Shown here piece by piece: positions 42,109-43,452 of a DNA stretch of 43,452 bases. The notes under the pieces are model-generated. The model ran no database searches and had not been told where the DNA came from. It saw only the letters and a list, made by a program, of their open reading frames with translations. Made by a program: the position numbers and the translations under genes. The DNA lies in IMG/VR virus record IMGVR_UViG_3300012942_000071, positions 1 through 43,452 of that record; one strand, given 5' to 3'. Numbering within the stretch: the first letter of the stretch is position 1; every line of letters begins with the position of its first letter. The stretch is from a virus. Its lineage: Duplodnaviria; Caudoviricetes.

Positions 42109-42316
42109 GTTTGATTACCTCTTTTTCTAACACGACAAGACCATGGAATTCGCAGCTTTCATCCCACACCTTGCCTCTGATTGTGGCAGTGATGCGGTAG
42201 TGCTCTCCAATGTAGGGGGAATCCTCTTCCGACACAACCTCTGTGATTACGCCGGTTGCTGCATCCTTTGCGAATTCCTCTTTGAATACGACCTTATCTC
42301 CAACTTTGTACTTCAT
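42101..42316 (-). CDS. Small SH3-like barrel protein
   Basis: MKYKVGDKVV...GVITEV. Confidence 0.65.
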   Translation of the reverse strand: MKYKVGDKVVFKEEFAKDAATGVITEVVSEEDSPYIGEHYRITATIRGKVWDESCEFHGLVVLEKEVIKRV

Positions 42317-42861
42317 TACTCTGCTTCCGGCACGAACAGTACCTCGATATCCGTGTAACGCTTGATAATTTCGGCGTCGTATAGCGTGAGGTAACTTCCA
42401 AACCACGACTGGTTACCCGTACGGCGATAGTAGCTCCACATTTCCGAGCCGGTACTTCTGACGCGAATGTACGAGTTGATCGCCTTAGGAAGCTCCACGA
42501 TGGGCTCGATATCCCACTCGTCGTATTGTACGTAGGCGTTTGTCTTCGTACCATCCACGATGATATCGAGCCCCGGTCCACCCACGTAGGCCACCTTGCC
42601 AGTGAGGAATTGACCCGTCTCTTTGTTGGTGATCTTCGCCCGCTGATCGGTCTTGACCGGCTCTGCAAGAGCCAGGTTATCTTCCCACACACCCCAGCCC
42701 TTTTCGTCGCCGTGATAGTAAGCATCGGCCTCGACAGCGGAATAGTTTACTCTGGTAATGGTGAACGTCTGCGTACCCAGACCTTGCTGACGGCGCTTAC
42801 CGTTACGCTCATTGACCGGCAACACGCGAACCTTATCGCCAACCTTATACTTTGCGCCCAT
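42316..42861 (-). CDS. Multi-domain protein with N-terminal SH3-like barrel
   Basis: KYKVGDKVRV...FTITRV...WEDNL. Confidence 0.7.
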   Translation of the reverse strand: MGAKYKVGDKVRVLPVNERNGKRRQQGLGTQTFTITRVNYSAVEADAYYHGDEKGWGVWEDNLALAEPVKTDQRAKITNKETGQFLTGKVAYVGGPGLDIIVDGTKTNAYVQYDEWDIEPIVELPKAINSYIRVRSTGSEMWSYYRRTGNQSWFGSYLTLYDAEIIKRYTDIEVLFVPEAE

Positions 42862-42864
42862 AAT

Positions 42865-43005
42865 TTACTCGCTTTCTGTTTCAGTATCACTGTCGGCATT
42901 AGCACCGTCACATTCGGCCAAATGTCCAACATAGTTCAATGCATCGTGACTGCTTCTAGGGTCAATATCGAACACCCTATAGCAGTATGGGCATACCCTA
43001 GTCAT
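42865..43005 (-). CDS. Small Zn-finger-like protein
   Basis: CPYC...HLAEC. Confidence 0.55.
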   Translation of the reverse strand: MTRVCPYCYRVFDIDPRSSHDALNYVGHLAECDGANADSDTETESE

Positions 43006-43351
43006 AATTTTTGACTGTTTCAATGATTTCCCTGTATTCCTTACTACCGTATGGCGCGACCAGCACAAACCCGTTCAGCTTTGTACCAGAGAACGCTCTT
43101 ACGATGTTCTGTGCACCTACCGGGTTCTGCGAGTGTACCACAACCCATAGGACACTCTGTAGCACGTCAGGCAGGCCTGCTAGCGACTCTACTAGCGGCA
43201 TCACCCCTAGGTCATGGTCCAGGAACAGAATCACCATGCTACCTTGACCGAACGCCACGCCAATCTCATACGACGCAGCAGATACGGTCCTTGCCAGCAC
43301 CATACCATCCGGGCACTCACGCTCATCATCAACGAAGATTTTTGTCAGCAT
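42998..43351 (-). CDS. Cyclic-phosphate processing receiver-like domain protein
   Basis: IFVDDER, LFLDHDLG, VHSQNPVG motifs. Confidence 0.75.
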   Translation of the reverse strand: MLTKIFVDDERECPDGMVLARTVSAASYEIGVAFGQGSMVILFLDHDLGVMPLVESLAGLPDVLQSVLWVVVHSQNPVGAQNIVRAFSGTKLNGFVLVAPYGSKEYREIIETVKNYD

Positions 43352-43452
43352 ACTCTCAGACTTCCTCTCAGGTTGTCAAATTTTAGTGTTCAAAACGTAT
43401 TTCTTATGCATAATATGTACTTATCGTACAAACATACAGGCTCTATGACTGG

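Noticed and set aside
1-43452. CRISPR array, integrase, repressor or transposase
   Set aside because: No regularly spaced repeats or recognisable motifs seen; the Cas4-like nuclease is a stand-alone phage replication gene.

Overview
This window is part of a lytic siphovirus genome. The host is probably actinobacterial (WhiB-family gene, leaderless-type promoters), while the phage DNA is roughly 50% GC by eye. The + strand (1-14.0 kb) carries the tail module (two paralogous tail tube genes, tail assembly chaperone pair, tape measure, minor tail proteins) and the lysis cassette (GH25 endolysin, holin-like and membrane proteins). The - strand (14.1-43.4 kb) carries a DnaQ-like exonuclease, about 29 tRNA or tRNA-like genes covering all 20 amino acids, an HNH endonuclease, a split family A DNA polymerase, primase, SSB, AAA ATPase, PD-(D/E)XK nuclease, WhiB, SF2 helicase, RuvC-like resolvase, a MoxR/VWA-like pair and many small genes. 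Most unusual signals: (1) a 79-nt RNA that is only the tRNA-like domain of tmRNA; (2) two tRNAs for the rare codons AGA and AUA with a rewired D-arm; (3) a 7-nt CGA-TTA-T-CGA interruption in polymerase motif A that looks like a translational bypass; (4) several unexplained structured RNAs and promoter/mini-ORF/terminator units in the tRNA array; (5) a 24-aa peptide resembling a ribonucleotide reductase CxxC tail. All calls are by eye, and no searches or folding programs were run.
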